NCBI RefSeq assembly: GCF_009914755.1
Contig: NC_060925.1
DNA from: the human T2T-CHM13v2.0 reference genome, Homo sapiens
Length of the DNA: 64,000 nt
Reading direction: 5' to 3' (one strand)
Shown here: one piece after another, positions 1-16,765 of the stretch
Numbering within the stretch: position 1 is the first letter of the stretch
Layout of the letters: each line of letters opens with the position of its first letter
Translations under genes and position numbers: made by a program
Notes under the pieces: generated by a model
The model's database searches: none
Told to the model about the DNA's origin: nothing
What the model saw: the letters and a program-made list of their open reading frames with translations, nothing else

Positions 1-847
1 TCTTGATGCGCATTTTCCTGGTTATCACTGATGTAGAACACTTCTTTTTATGTTTGTCGGCCTTTTTACGTGGCTTCTTCAGTGAAATTCCTATTTATGT
101 CTCTTGCCTATTTTTGTTTTTCTTACTAGTTTATAAGAGTTCTTTATATTGCTTATGTTAATCCTCTGTGTACATTGTGAATGTCTTCTTTCAGTTCCTA
201 ACTTTTTCGCTTTCTTTTATGGAGTTGTGTGGGAGGGACAGTTTTAAATGCCTCTACCTTCTTTGGCAAATATTTGGAATAATTTACATCGTTATCATCA
301 ACAGGCTTGTATTTAATATCTATTGTACATTTGGTATAGAAAGGGTAAAGTTATATTAATAGTTTATGGCCTGGGGATTTGTAAACTATCCAAATGAACA
401 GCCATAGGAAGTTGTATAAAATATTGTATTGCTTCACACATGCTAGGCACCCAAATGCTAGGTTGATTTAGTTAATGAGTAAATTCAGAAGCAAAGAAAT
501 AGCAAAAATTATACATACACTTCATCAGTTGCTTATTTTCCAATTCCATACCTCTCTGTTGCAAACTACTTATTATTAGTCATTAATAATATTTTATTCT
601 TTTGTTTAAAGGGCAGTATATTCCGTAAGATTATGTGAGTCAGTTATTTAGGTATTTTCATAGCTTGCCATTAAAATGCTGGAGTTGATCAGATTTAATA
701 CTGGATATAAAGCAAAATATTAATCTTCTGAACAGTTTACTAGCTCAGAAGTTTACAAACTCGGAATCCTAAATACAGTTTTTGTCATTGCTGTGCATCT
801 TTTGATAAAAAAAATTCTTAAGTCAAATTTGTCCATTGTTTATCATA

Positions 848-1247
848 CAGTAAGTCCTCACTTAATGTCATTGACGGGTTCTTGGAAACTGACTTTAAGC
901 AAAATAACTTATAATGAAACCAGTTTCTTTTTTCTCATCAGTGTTCTAAGGAAATGATATTATAAACAATGAAACATTAGCCAGAAGTGGTGATGCACAC
1001 CTGTAGTCCCAGCTACTTTGGAGGTGGAGGTGAGAGAATGACTTGAGCCCAAGAGTTAAGGCTGCAGTGAGCTGGAATCGTGTCATTGCACTCTAACCTG
1101 GGCAGCATAGTGAGACCCTGTCTCAAAAAAAGAAAGAAAAGAAATGATATTGAGCGAAACAGCATTATTAAAGGACCTGAAGCACATTGTTTTTCTTAAA
1201 GTCTCAGTTCCAAGAACCTATCAGCAGTGTTAAGTGAGGACTTACTG
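848..1247. mobile_element. MER6-family TcMar-Tigger non-autonomous DNA transposon, interrupted by an Alu fragment
   Basis: TIRs CAGTAAGTCCTCACTTAA (848) and TTAAGTGAGGACTTACTG (ends 1247), with TA on both sides. Confidence 0.8.
962..1140 (+). mobile_element. 5'-truncated old Alu (right arm, AluJ/FRAM-like)
   Basis: Alu right-arm sequence with A-tail; TSD GAAATGATATT at 951-961 and 1141-1151. Confidence 0.85.
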
Positions 1248-1377
1248 TAATTGCTTTTCATGCCCTTTTAAATAAATTATTCCCTATCCTGGGTTTAAAA
1301 GATAGCTACCCAAGTTTGCTCCTAAGAATCTTGCAGTTTTATTTTTTAGATTTAAGTCAGTTTATCTGGATTTGTTG

Positions 1378-2240
1378 TTTTTTAATAGACTTCATATTTT
1401 AAAGCAGTTTTAGGTCCACAGCAAAATCGAGAGGAAGGTCTAGAGATTTCTCAAATAACTGCGTCCCTACATATGTACATATGCATTATCGACATCCTCC
1501 ACAAGAGTACATTTGTTGCAGTTGATGAACCTATATTGACACATCATCATCATCCAGAGCCCAGAGTGCACACATCTTGGTGTTGTGCATTCTATGGGTT
1601 TGTACAAATGTATAATGACATGTATCCAGCATTATAGTATACAGAATAGTGTCCCTGCACTAAGCTTATTCTCTGTGTTCTACCTATTCATCCTTCCCTC
1701 TCCTCCATCCCCTGGCAACCACTGATCTTTTTACAGTTTCCATAGTTGTGCGTTTGGGAAAATCTCATGCGGTTGGAATCATACAGTGTGTAGCCATTTT
1801 ACATGGGTTTCTTTCACTTAGAAATAAGCATTTAATTTTCCTCCATGTCTTTTCATAGCTTGATAGCTTATTTCTTTTTAGTACTGAATAATATCCCATT
1901 GTCTGTATGTACCTTAGTTTATTCATTCACCTACTGAAGGACATCTTGGTTGCTTCTGTTTTGGCAGTTATGAATAAAATGCTATAGACATCCTATGCAA
2001 GTTTTTGTGTGGATGCAACTTTTCAACTCCTTTGGTTAAATACCAGGGTGTCCAATTGTATGGTAAGAATATATTTAGATTTGTAAGAAACTCCCAAACT
2101 GCCCTCCAGAGTGCCCGAACTATTTTGTATTCCTACCAACAATAAGAGTTTTTGTTGTTCCACACCATCTCCAGTATTTGGTGTTGTCAGTTTTCTGGAT
2201 TTTGGTCATTCTAATAAGTGTATCATGGTATCTCATTTCT
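1378..2240 (-). mobile_element. Old L1 (L1MC-type) 3' end
   Basis: ttttaatagacttc...gcagttttaggtccacagcaaaat 3'UTR terminus followed by antisense L1 3' sequence. Confidence 0.7.
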
Positions 2241-2312
2241 GTTTATTTAATAGCATTGATTTTTGAATATGGAGATAGGTCTGAGTTATTTTAATGTTTA
2301 AAAACATTTTGA

Positions 2313-2590
<278 letters not shown>

Positions 2591-5500
2591 TTAAAATAGA
2601 GCACTTTTCAGCTTTTAGGATAGAAACATCTACACATAGCTTTATTAGCCTAACTCTAACTTGCAAAAATTAATCAAATATGATTAATTAAAATTAATTA
2701 AAATTAATCATTTGATTAATCAAATTTGATAAATTCTTGCCAGTTAGAGTTACATCATGCTAGGTTATGTATTGAACTATACCTGAACTTATCCTTACCT
2801 AGCTCAGTAATACCTCACTTTTTCCTTATTATATCAATTTGTGGTTCTTTTGTTTTTTTATCTCCTGAAGCTTTGGGTTAGTAAAGGTCATCCTTGTCTT
2901 AACTCTTATTGACACCCATCCCATTCCCCAGTTGTGGCTCAAACTTTTTATGTTGTTTTCTGTCATCCAACCTACTCCTGCTCTTTTGTTCTCAGCATAT
3001 CACTCATCTCTATGTAGTGATACGTGCTGTTCAACCACGTGAGTTTCCTCAAGTTTTCTTGTCTTTACTTTCAGATTTCTTGGAATGTTAGCCATCCTTT
3101 TTATTTCTACTGAATTTTAAGGAAAAATTGCTTCTTCTTGGTAAGGTTATACTTTCCTGGGCTTTTGCTTCCTCTGGAATATCATGTTTTACTCTTTTGC
3201 AGGGTGGGGCTTTGCATTATCCACTGGCTCTTGGCTTAAAAATAAGTTAACGTCTCTCATGTTTTTATTATACTCTTTAATACTGTTGTACCCTCAAATT
3301 TCTTTCTTTTTTAAAGAAATTTCTTAGATGCCTTGTCTACCGTTTATTTAGCTTACTCATATATGACTTCTGTCTCAGTTATTCTGTTGAAGTGGTTTTC
3401 TTAAAGGTATCATGACATTCTGTTGCTTCTAGTCTTTAGACGCAATTGATACTGCTCCAGCTTCCTGAAACTATTGTTAATTAAGCTTTGAGGACCCTGC
3501 ACTATATTGGTTACTTTTCTTTCATCATACCTGCCTCTGTTTGTTACTACTGCTTTTGTTTGGTAACTCCTTTTCTACCTTAAATGTTCCACCTATTTGT
3601 AGCCTATTTTCCCATTAATTTATCCTTCAGATTAACCACCGGAATCTGATTAACCGCCAAAACCTTGTTTAGTAACAGTTGCAGAAAATAGAAACCCACT
3701 TAAATTAGCTTAAGCAGAAATTGGATTTTTTGAAAAGCTATGGGGTTGTATCACTTAAGGGTAAGATGTATAGCCAGATCCCATGAGTACTAAACAGGAA
3801 ACTGGATGTTTTCTTTCTAGGGCTACATGTTCTCTTTTCTTTAAGTATGTGTACTGCTTTATGTCTCTGTATACTGGTTCTCTTTGCTCTCCTTGCCTGT
3901 GGTCTCCAAGTTGCACTCCTAACTTCTAAATTTACATTAACTACAAGTTCATTGCACATAGACCACAGCTGACTGACTGAGTTGCTATAAGTCACAATTC
4001 TAAATTCTTAGATGAGAAAATCTGAGTGGCCTTAGTCAGTGGAACATGTGTCCCTGATCCAGCTAACTATGGCAGTGGAGGGATGAGATTCTCTAGTATC
4101 AATATGGCTTCAAGAAACCTCTTGTGAGGTTGGGACAGACTATTTTCTGAAAAGGGATTCTAGGTTGAGAATTCTAGGGATTCTCCTGCTTAAATGTTTC
4201 AGTTACTTTCCATCGATTATAGAATAAAATATATTTATACTTTTCATCATCTGACCCCCATTTTTTCTGATTTTTCTCCCTATTTATCTTACACTCTGGA
4301 ATATTAAAACTATTTACATTTCTTTGAACCACACTCCCTATCTTTGCATATGCTGATTCTGGTTTTAAGAATACTAATATTGCTTGTCTGTCTGAACAGC
4401 ATTTGACAAATTGGACAATCCTTAAAATTCTGATAAGAAAATCATATTCATTGACTATATGAATATATTTATATCTAATAAAAGTTTTACTTAAGATATA
4501 TTTTTGATTAATAAATTTAGGGAATTGGTCATGAAGCATTTTGATACATTTGCAAATTAGTCTCTGATTTTACAGCTCCTGTTATTGAATAATATATCAC
4601 TTAATATGGTAATTGTTACATGTCTCTACTACTTTCAAGACAGGAACTAGGTCTTACTCCTCTTTATGTCGCTAGCAACTGACATATAGGTTATGCTTAA
4701 TAAATGCTTGAATAAATAAATGAACAGATTTTAAAAAACATTATATGACCAATCTGCCAGACCTGACTTCTCTAAATTTCCAAAAGCTATTCTTCCCCTG
4801 GCTGCTAGAAATCTGCTAGTTACTTTTATTTGACTGTTGCTTCAGTCTCTTCAGTTGTTTCTTCTACTTCTGTATCTTGAGTTCATTCATTACTTTGCCA
4901 TTGTTTAAGTGTGGGCCTTCATTATCATTTGGATGATTATAATATCTTGATATTTTACCTCCACCTCTTTTGCCTTGTTCTGCTGTTATTTAAACTATGT
5001 ACAATTGCTAGATTCAGAATTTGTCCTTAGCATTCAGTGACTCCTTAATGCCTGTGGGATATAGTCCTAATTCCTTAGCTAGGCAATCCAAGCTGTCATT
5101 GTTGTAGCCCCAAAATGCTTTTCATTCTTAAGTCTTACTCATGTAAGCAGCTTATTTTTTCAGGCATACTATGATTAGTGATTTTTCCTCACCTGTATTT
5201 TTACTACATTCTGTCAGCTGGAATACTTCAAGGCCAAATTCAAATTTTGCATATTTATTTTTTTCCTTATTTTCCCCTACTCATGTTCAGTCTCTCCTCA
5301 AAACTTAAGAATATTTTCTATCTCATGACATTTATTATATATTGCATTGTACTGTAGTTGTTTGTATCCTACTTCATTTTCTCTTCTAGGCTTAATGCTT
5401 AAAATCTTTGAAGGAAAGGACTATATTTTTAATCTTCATCATTTACCCCTTTAGCCCTTTAGTCCTGAAGAAAGTAGCTTGCACATAGCAGTGTTGAGAC

Positions 5501-6805
5501 TCAGAAAACAATACTCTACAATGAAGGTCTTAGAAGTAGTCTCAGAAACAAAAGGACTGTTTTATTTTTTAACCTTTTTTTGTCCTCTTGTCTCTCAGTT
5601 TTATTTTTCCTCCAAGGCTAGCCATATAAACTAGAATCCATCTTTTTAAAAGTGGGTCATAGGAACCAGAACCACCACCCCCCTTTTCTTTCTTCCCCAG
5701 CAGAAGCAAGCTTTATTTAGCACTGACCTTGACAGAGATTCACTCAAGGACCCCCCTGTACAATGAACGATGACTCATGCATAAACAATGTCCTCAACAA
5801 GTTTTACAGTAAACAAGAAAATATTCTTTATGGTTGTTTTTCAAAGCAATCTTTGATAAAAGCTAGCACATTAATGTTAGCACTTGGTGAAGTCAATTCT
5901 GGAAGGACCTAGACTTCGCCAAGTGCTTTGTTATATAATCTTTTAGAGGCATCAAAGACAGTATTAATAGGCGCTTACATTGCTTAACTTTTAAAAAATT
6001 TTTGAAAATAATCCATGTGTACATATGCACGGATAAATCAAAAGATACTGAAATGTATAAAATTAGAAGTAAAGACCACTTCCTTAGTACTTTCTCTTCA
6101 ATTAGTCCTACTCCCCAGAAGTAGTCACATTGCCCTTTATTATTTCTGGAATTGACATTATAATTTTAAATTTTTGATTTATCAACTTTAGACCATATGC
6201 ATTAACCTAGTGATTTATAGGTGACTTACAAAAGACATTTAACCAACTTCTGTTTTCCCTTCTTCATTTCCTAAATGTGTTAGTTACATTATTATTTTTA
6301 GTTTTTTTCTGGTAGTTTCCTTTACGACTATGTTTTGATTTGTAGAGCCATAGCATCTATTAACTCTGCACAAAAATGAGAGTTTCAGTACACTTCCACT
6401 TCTCACTTCCCTTGCACGGACTTTATTTATTGCATTGTATTGTTTTTACATTGACAAGGTTTATATTTCTATTATATTCTTTCCTTCCTTCCTTCTTTCC
6501 TGTTTCTCTCTTTCTTTTTCTCCCTGACCCCTCTTCTGCATAGTTCCTACAACATCTTTCTTAAACGCTTTATGAACATAGTTGGATCACCTGGACTGTT
6601 TTCTATGTCTTTAAACTTACCTTCGTATTTCCTATTTCTTTAAATTTTCTCTGTTTTGGGAGATTGCCTTTATTTTTCTTTCGGCTCACTAACTTCAGAT
6701 GTATATATTTCATTGTGCAGCCCATTCACTGCCTTTTTGCAAATGTATTTTTAATTATATAAGTATCTTGTTTTTTTTGCGTATAGGCTAGAATTATTTA
6801 ATGTA

Positions 6806-7755
<950 letters not shown>

Positions 7756-8575
7756 CAGAACCCGTTTTAAAAAGTCAGTCATAAAGCCTAAGAATATTAT
7801 TCTAACTTTTCCTTCTTCCTTTTTTTTGTGTAACACCAGTCATAAAAAAATTACCTGACCTACTTCGTTTGACCATAGTTCATAAGATCCCTATTTTAGA
7901 ATCCTTCTCCATACCCAAAAGTAAGGAGTACATACTCAGAGAGGCACACAAACACAGAAGAATGAGACAGGTCTTGCATGGTTTCCCCACTCAGTCTATT
8001 AACATTAGATCATTCCCTTTTTGTCCAATCACGTTACGGCTGTCCATACTTTGTTGAACCTAAGCGTAAAAAAGGACAGTTTCCCCTGTATTTTTGGTTC
8101 TTCATTCTGAAGGCTTTCATGTCACGTAAAACTATGATCAAATAAATTTGTATGCCTTTTCTTCTATTTATCTGCCTCTTTTCAGTAGTTCTCAACAAAC
8201 CTTCAGAGGGCAAAGGAAGTATTCACTTCTGTCTGACAGTGGCTGCTGATTAATGTTTGTTGAGTAAATAACAGTCTAATGTCTGAAAATCTTCCAATTT
8301 TAATTTGTTACTTAAATTTTTTCTGCTTTTATTTTGGTATTTATGAGGGAGCAGAACTGCAGTATATCATTTTTCCCTTGGTAGGTACATAATTTTATCA
8401 CCTTAAGTCATATAATAATTGAATTCCCACATCTCAGACTGAGATTTTTTTTACCGGCAGAAGGAGCTGTCACCAGTCACAACAGAAGTAGATAATAATA
8501 GTAATGTTTATTATTAAAAACAAATGATAATGAATACATATTGATGTTACTTAATCGTTAAAACAACTCAGTTGA

Positions 8576-8754
8576 GGCCGGGTGCAGTGGCTCATGCCTG
8601 TAATCCCAGTACTTTGGGAGGCTGAGGCGGGTGGATCACCTGAGGTCAGGAGTTTGAGACCAGCCTGCCCAACATGGTGAAACCCTGTCTCTACTAAAAA
8701 TACAAAAATTAGCCTGGCATGGAGGCAGGTGCCTATAATCCCAGCTACTCGGGA
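8576..8754 (+). mobile_element. 3'-truncated AluS
   Basis: GGCCGGGTGCAGTGGCTCA start; ends abruptly at cccagctactcggga with no tail. Confidence 0.9.
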
Positions 8755-9362
8755 TTGTATTTTCTTTACAGCTTGAGAGCTATACTTTTATTAAGCCCTT
8801 CTACTAGAGTTAGCCTTATCTTTTAAGGAAGTTAAAATAATTGTATACAGTTCCTTTTTTTGAGTTTTGTTTTTCTGGTTGCTCAATATGAGACTTGCTC
8901 AAGGCCAGCTCTATTGTCAGTGCCTATAAAACGAAACAAAACAAAAAACAGCAAAGCATTAAGTATTCTGACTTTATTTTGTCTAGCCTTGTGACTTCTT
9001 AAAAGAGCTCCAGTTTACTCTTCACAGTTAGATCCCATAAAGTAAAATGCCCAGCTATTGGGTATGGTGTGGTAATGTATAATAATATAATTTGATTTAT
9101 TTTGGGATTACTGTAACTGGTTTTTGTTTTATTGTTTTCAATAAATCCGAGTTTCCATCTTTGAGAAGCATCTATTTCATTTATTGATGACTTTAGATTT
9201 CTAGTTAGCTACTATATCAGAAGTACTTATTTGACTGAATTATGAAAAGTCAAAGTTTAAATTACATTTGGATAGCAATAGAAGAGATGGCTCAAAGTCA
9301 CACACAATTTCTAAGTGACTTGTGCAACAGTCATTGTAGGACTTTAGAGGAGGGAGTGGTCA

Positions 9363-9751
<389 letters not shown>

Positions 9752-10859
9752 TAGGATAATAGGAACCAAATGCATGCAAGCAGAAAAATTAAAGAAAATT
9801 TTCTATTTTTCATTCAGAAGACTGCTCCAAATTATGTCCTTTTTATTTTTTCATACTTTGACAGGCAAATTATGTAATAACTAAAGTTGGCCTTGATATA
9901 TTTGCTGGTTCTAAACTTTGGTCAGCAGCTTGAGAAGGAAGGCATTGTGTTATTTTTATTCTTTGAGATCAACAGTAAAAAAAGATGTAAAGAATGTAAA
10001 CAAAGAATTGTTTTATTTTATCCCATATTCTTTTTTACTTGGAATAATGCAGATTTCACTACTTGAAAAAGTTTTTTAGTCAATTATGTGTTTTCTTTCT
10101 AGTATGATGAAAGATAATTTAAGTCAAGGAGCTATAGAGAAAAGTAAATGAAAACTTTCAACTGCACAGGTTTCATGAGATATTCTAGTTTCAGTTGAAA
10201 ACTATTTTTCTGTGTGATAGTTTCACCTTTGGGAGAATTAGATTTAATTTGCAACATTGTGTTTGAAGTATTTCATATTCTGTTCCTTGCTTAAAGAGGT
10301 AAATTTCTTTATTGTTGTGGTCAGGGAAGTCTTTAGCTAATGATGCAGTGATATTTTGTGTAAACTTTTAATGAATTAAAATATACTAAAGTCCCTGTTA
10401 AAGTGTCTGCTTATGAGAGAGCATTTCCCTGATGATCTTATTATATAAAAGTAGCAGTACTTGTGATCCTACCTTCCCGCACTCCTTGTCCCTTTTCTCC
10501 TTCCTTGGTTTATTCTGTAGGTTCAATAAAATGCAGTAGTTATTTATGTAAATGATACTTAATGTGCGCTAAATAAATATCCTTGCCTAACCTTCATTCA
10601 TGCTGAGCAACCAAAGTTTTTTTTTAATGTATAGTGAGAGATCCTTTTAAACTGGTGGTGATGGTTTTGTTTTATGTTAATTCTCTGGTAAATTTTCATA
10701 TGTTACAATAAAGTCTAAAACGTGCAGATAGTTTTATGATGTAAAGCACGATCTTATTAATAGATTTTAATTACTATTAAACAACTTCCGTATATCAGAC
10801 ATGTGCTGGTTTTATTTTATAATCTTAAGAGATATTGGCTTATTTTTGTTATTTATATA

Positions 10860-10955
10860 TTTTTAAAGTGAGGCTTAGAGAGGTAAAGTTACTTGCCTAT
10901 GTTACAAAGCAAGTTAGCCCAACTGGCATTTGAAACTAGGTCTGTCTAAATCCAG
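10860..10955. mobile_element. MIR fragment
   Basis: aaagtgaggcttagagaggtaaagttacttgcc MIR core-like; a second MIR-like piece lies near 11185-11285. Confidence 0.55.
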
Positions 10956-12022
10956 GCTAATGATCTTTTCTGTGAGTATTTTGTATTTTAATATTTCAAA
11001 TAATTATAGGGGTTTATTGATATATTTTGTAATAAGCATTTTCCTCTCATCACAGAATATGACTTGGTTTATAGAATGACATTTTACTATAGAGTTCTAG
11101 GAACAACATAATGTGGTAAAAAGCAAAGGCTACTTAGTCTATAGTTCCATGAAGTATTGAGATGGGAATATATCAGTTTAGCTTAATCTCATTTTACAGG
11201 TTAGAAAAATGAGACCCAGAGAGGTTTAAGTGATTTACTATCATTAAGTAGAGGAATTGATTCTAGAACCAAGATATCCTAACTCTAGTAGAAGATAATT
11301 TTTGATGAATATCCTTGATATTAGTAAAGGGAGGCTAATCCTGTATATAGAAAAAGAATAAGAGACTTAAAAAGGCTTTTTTTTTCAGCATCCTTATTTA
11401 AAGAGATATAATTGACATACAGTAAATTTCACACATTTAAAATATGCAATTTGATAAGCTTGACATGCTGATAACAACTGTGAAACTGTCAGTGCAAACA
11501 ATATAATGAACATATTTACCACTCCAAAAGTTTCTTTGTGTCTCTTTCTAATCTCCTCCTGTCATTATTCCCTTTCTCCCAGTCCCTACTTTCTGTCACT
11601 ATAGATGAATTTGCCTTTTGTGGAGTTTTTATACAAAAAGAATTATACAGTATGTACTTTGGAGGTGGGGGGCATGGCATCTTTCACTCAAATCATGATT
11701 TTGATATTTCACCATGCTGCAGTATGTATCGGTAGTTCAATCATTTTTGTTGTTGAGTAGTATTTCATTATATGGATATATAATACCATAATTTATCTTT
11801 ACCTGTTGATGGATATTTGGGTTATCACCAGGTTTGAGATATTACAAATAAAGATGTTTTGAACATTTGTGTAGAAGTTTTAGTGGACTTACACTTTCAT
11901 TATTCTTGTGTAAATTGCCTAAGAGAAAAATGGCTAAAACATATAGCAGGTGCATGTTTTGAGTTTTTAAAAAGCTACCAAATGATTTTCCAAAGTAGCT
12001 GTATCATTTTACTTTTCCACTA

Positions 12023-12214
<192 letters not shown>

Positions 12215-12826
12215 GAGTTCCAGTTGCTCTACATTCTTACCAATACTTGGTACAGTTAATAGTTTTAATTTTAGCTATTCTAGTAGATTTATAGCGACAT
12301 CATACTGGTTTTAATTTGCATATTTGCATTTATTGAATGATGTTGAACCATCTTTTCATGATCGTATCTGCTATCTGTATATCCTCTTTGGTGAAGTATC
12401 TATTCAAATCTTTTGTCTATTTTTAAAAATTGAGTTATTTTCTTATTGAATGTTGAGAGTCTTTATATATTCTGAATTTAATACCTTTATCAGATGTGTG
12501 AGTTGCAAATATTTTCAATTCTGTAGCTTATCTTTTCTTTTCTTTTCTTTTTTTTTTTAAACAGTATCTTTCCAGGAGCAGAAGTTCTTAATTCTGATGG
12601 ATCCAGTTTATCAACATTTTTCTTTTGCACACTGTGTTTTTGGTTTGGTATCCAAGATAAAGCTATTCTCCTGTTTTCTTCTAGAATTTTAGTTTTAGGT
12701 TTTACATTTAGTTTTATGATCCATTGTGAGGTAATTTTTGTTTATGGTGCCAGGTGTTGATCAAAGTTCATATTTTTCATATGGACATATTTGTTTCAGC
12801 AACATTTATTTAAAAAATATATTCTT

Positions 12827-13163
<337 letters not shown>

Positions 13164-16031
13164 TCAGAAAATCAGTTGTTCATATATGTGTGCGACAATT
13201 TCTGCTCTCTCCTGATCCATTGCTATATTTATTATTATTTTTTTTTGCCAGTCCCATGCTGTATTTATTAATTTTTTGCCAGTCCCATGCTGTTTTGATT
13301 ATTGGTGCTTTTTTATAAGTCTCGGAATCTGGGAGTATTAGTCTTCCAAATTTACTCTCCTTTTTCAAATTTGTTTTGACTATCTAGGTTCTTTATATTT
13401 CCATATAATTTTTAAAACCGGCTTGCCAATTTCTAGAAAAAGTCTATACGGATTTTTGAATGGGGGTTGCACTGAATCTTAGATTAAGAGGAGAACTGAC
13501 TTCCAAACAATATTAAGTTGTCTGTTCTATGATAAACAAAGTATGTCTTTCCATTTCTTTAGATTTCCTCTAATTTCTTTCAGCAGTATTTTGTAGTATT
13601 CAGTGTATGGGTCTTTTACATCTTTTGTTAGATATGTCTGTAAGTACTGCATGTTTTTATGCCATTTTAAATGGTATTTTAAAAATTTCTTTTTCTGATC
13701 ATTCCTAGTATATAGAAGTACAATTGATTTTTCCATATGGATCTTGTGTCCTGCAACTTTGCTGAATTCATTTAGTAATTCTGGTAGCTTTTTTGTAGTT
13801 TCTATAGTGTTTTTATTTAATGATAATGCTGTCTTTGCATAAAAAGTTTTACTTCTTTGTAATCTGGAGTGCCTTTTATTTCTTTTTCTTGCTTGGTTGC
13901 ACTGGCTATGACCTCCAGTACAATGTAGAATAGAAGTGGTAAGAGTAGCCATCCTTATTTTGTTCCTGATATTAGGGAGAAAGCATGCAGCCTTACATAA
14001 TTCATGTAAGATTAGTTGTATGAGTTTTGTATTTGCCCTTTAATTACATTGGGGATGTTTGCTGCTTTTCCTGCTTAATGTTTTTATGAGGAAAGAATGT
14101 TGGATTTTTATCTAATTATTTTTTGTTTCTATTGAGACAATAATGGTTTTCCTTCTTTTTTTAGCATCATTGCACAGTTTTTGATATGTTTTCATTTTCA
14201 TTCAGTTCAGAATATGTGCTGATTTCTTTTTGACCCATAGGTTAATGAGCAGTACTTCAGTTTCCAATTTGTGGACATTTGTCCAGATATCTTCCTTTTA
14301 TTCCTTTCTAATTCATTCCATTTTGGTCAAAGAACACCTCATTTTTTTCTCATCTCCAGTCTCATTGTCTTTATGTTTGGTCAGATGTTTTGGGAACCAT
14401 TGTTTTATATATCTTGTCTGTTTTTGGTTTTGTTTTGTTTCAGCTGGGAGGGTAAATCTGCCCATGGCTACTTAATGTTGGTCAGAAGTAGCAGTCTCCT
14501 CTCATACACTTTTTTTTTTAATTAGGAAATATTTCAAACATGTACCAAAAGGCTGAGAATAACTTATGTCTCTTTTCCTTGAGTAAATGTTCTGCAAAAT
14601 TTACATTGTATTTTTTTAAAAATAAACGTTTTATAGATGTAAGCCCTACTTTTTTTGACATTCTTCATCTTACTGCCTACTACGTTTCCTTGCTGTACAG
14701 AGGAAAATGTGGCAGATGAAGTCTTACATTCATTATATTCTTTTACAAGTTTTTTTAAATTTAATTCTTTTCCATATTTATTCAAGGAGATGCATGTTAA
14801 TAGATTGGTTTTAGCGACAGTGTAGTGTCTCATTGCATTGCATATATTATAAATCTGTTTTTTTGTATAGATGATTATATGAATTGCTTATGATTTTTCT
14901 CATCACAAACAATGGTATGACAAACCTTTTGCATTTTATATACATGATTATAGCTTATATGCATCTAGAAATGGAATTGCTGGTTCTGAGCAAACGAATA
15001 TCTTCAAGTTAGCCATATGTTGATTGCCAAGTTGTTTTCCATATTATAGTTCCTTTTCCTTACAGATTATATTTTAATCTTTTTCCAGTCATTTTGGTAA
15101 GAAAAGATACCTCATTATCTTAATTGTATCTTCCTGATTGTAACAGGATTGGTATATTTTCATTTGCTTATTTTCCATTCTGGATCCATTTTCTATGAAT
15201 TACCTGGTCATATTTTTCTAACCAGAATATTGAGAGAAAGCAACTCAAATGACATTTTACATTTCTTTATCTCAGAGCACTCTTAGATAATGGTGAAAGT
15301 AATCCATATGTAACTTATATTCAAATTAATATGGTTCTTGGGTCTATAGTTGTTCTAGTATTTTTCTTTCCATGCATTTTTATTTGTTTTGTGTATTTGA
15401 AGGAAACCCAGTCTATTGGACAGTATTAGTAGTATATGGGAACAAGACTGCTGTTTGGTTTTATTCAGTAGCATCACTAACACTAATGCAGATTGTTAAC
15501 CTAGAGAAAAAATGTTGAAATTATTCATTATTAAGGCTTTCCTTAATACATAAATACCTGGTGATATTGTGTAGATCTGCAGTGGTGGCCTACCTGTTAA
15601 ACTCGAATATGGTTTTGCAGTTGAACCTGTTAAACCTGTAGATCTTGTATTGTGTGAACAGAAATAAGGAAACTAGTTATGGGTATTAACTGGTTCTCTA
15701 TAGGTTTTTGTTGTCTAACCCTTGCTCATAATGAAATAAGTCATTTTATAAACTTTATTCCATTTAGTAGTAAAGTATAAGATATTTCAAAGTCTTGTGA
15801 CTATTTGTGTTTCTTCGGGGTACTGCTTATATCCATGGAAAAAAAATGTTTCTTTGTTTTGGAATATATGACTTGATGATACAATAAGTCATACTTCAAC
15901 ATTACTAATCCTAAATTGTGATTAAAATGTAGTTTAGTTTTATTATATTCAACATAATGCAGTGCCTCATTGATGAGAAATGATGTGTATTTCGCAAATA
16001 AATTAATCTTAGGCCTTCAAACACATAAAAC

Positions 16032-16175
16032 TTTTTTTTTTTTTTTTTTTTTTAAAGTAGAGATGGGGTTTCACCATATTGGCCAGGATGATCTTGAACT
16101 CCTGATCTCAGGTAATCTACCTGTCTCGGCCTCCCACAGTGCTGGCATTGCAGGCGTGAGCCACCATGCCCGGCC
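16032..16175 (-). mobile_element. AluS left-arm fragment
   Basis: T-run followed by antisense left monomer. Confidence 0.85.
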
Positions 16176-16333
16176 CCTAAAACACTGATTTTTAACATTG
16201 TTTTTGGAGATTACATTTATGTAATATATGTCACATTTTGCTGCCTGATTTACAGAATATAGGCAGATAATTTTACTTGTTCTTTAGGCAAGTAGCAGTC
16301 TTTATTTCTGTATCTAATGGCCTTTGTGGTTAG

Positions 16334-16765
<432 letters not shown>

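Noticed and set aside
4174-4539. 121-aa minus-strand ORF (also 17048-17398 and 58580-58978)
   Set aside because: AT-rich or low-complexity composition, no recognisable domain; the length is expected by chance.
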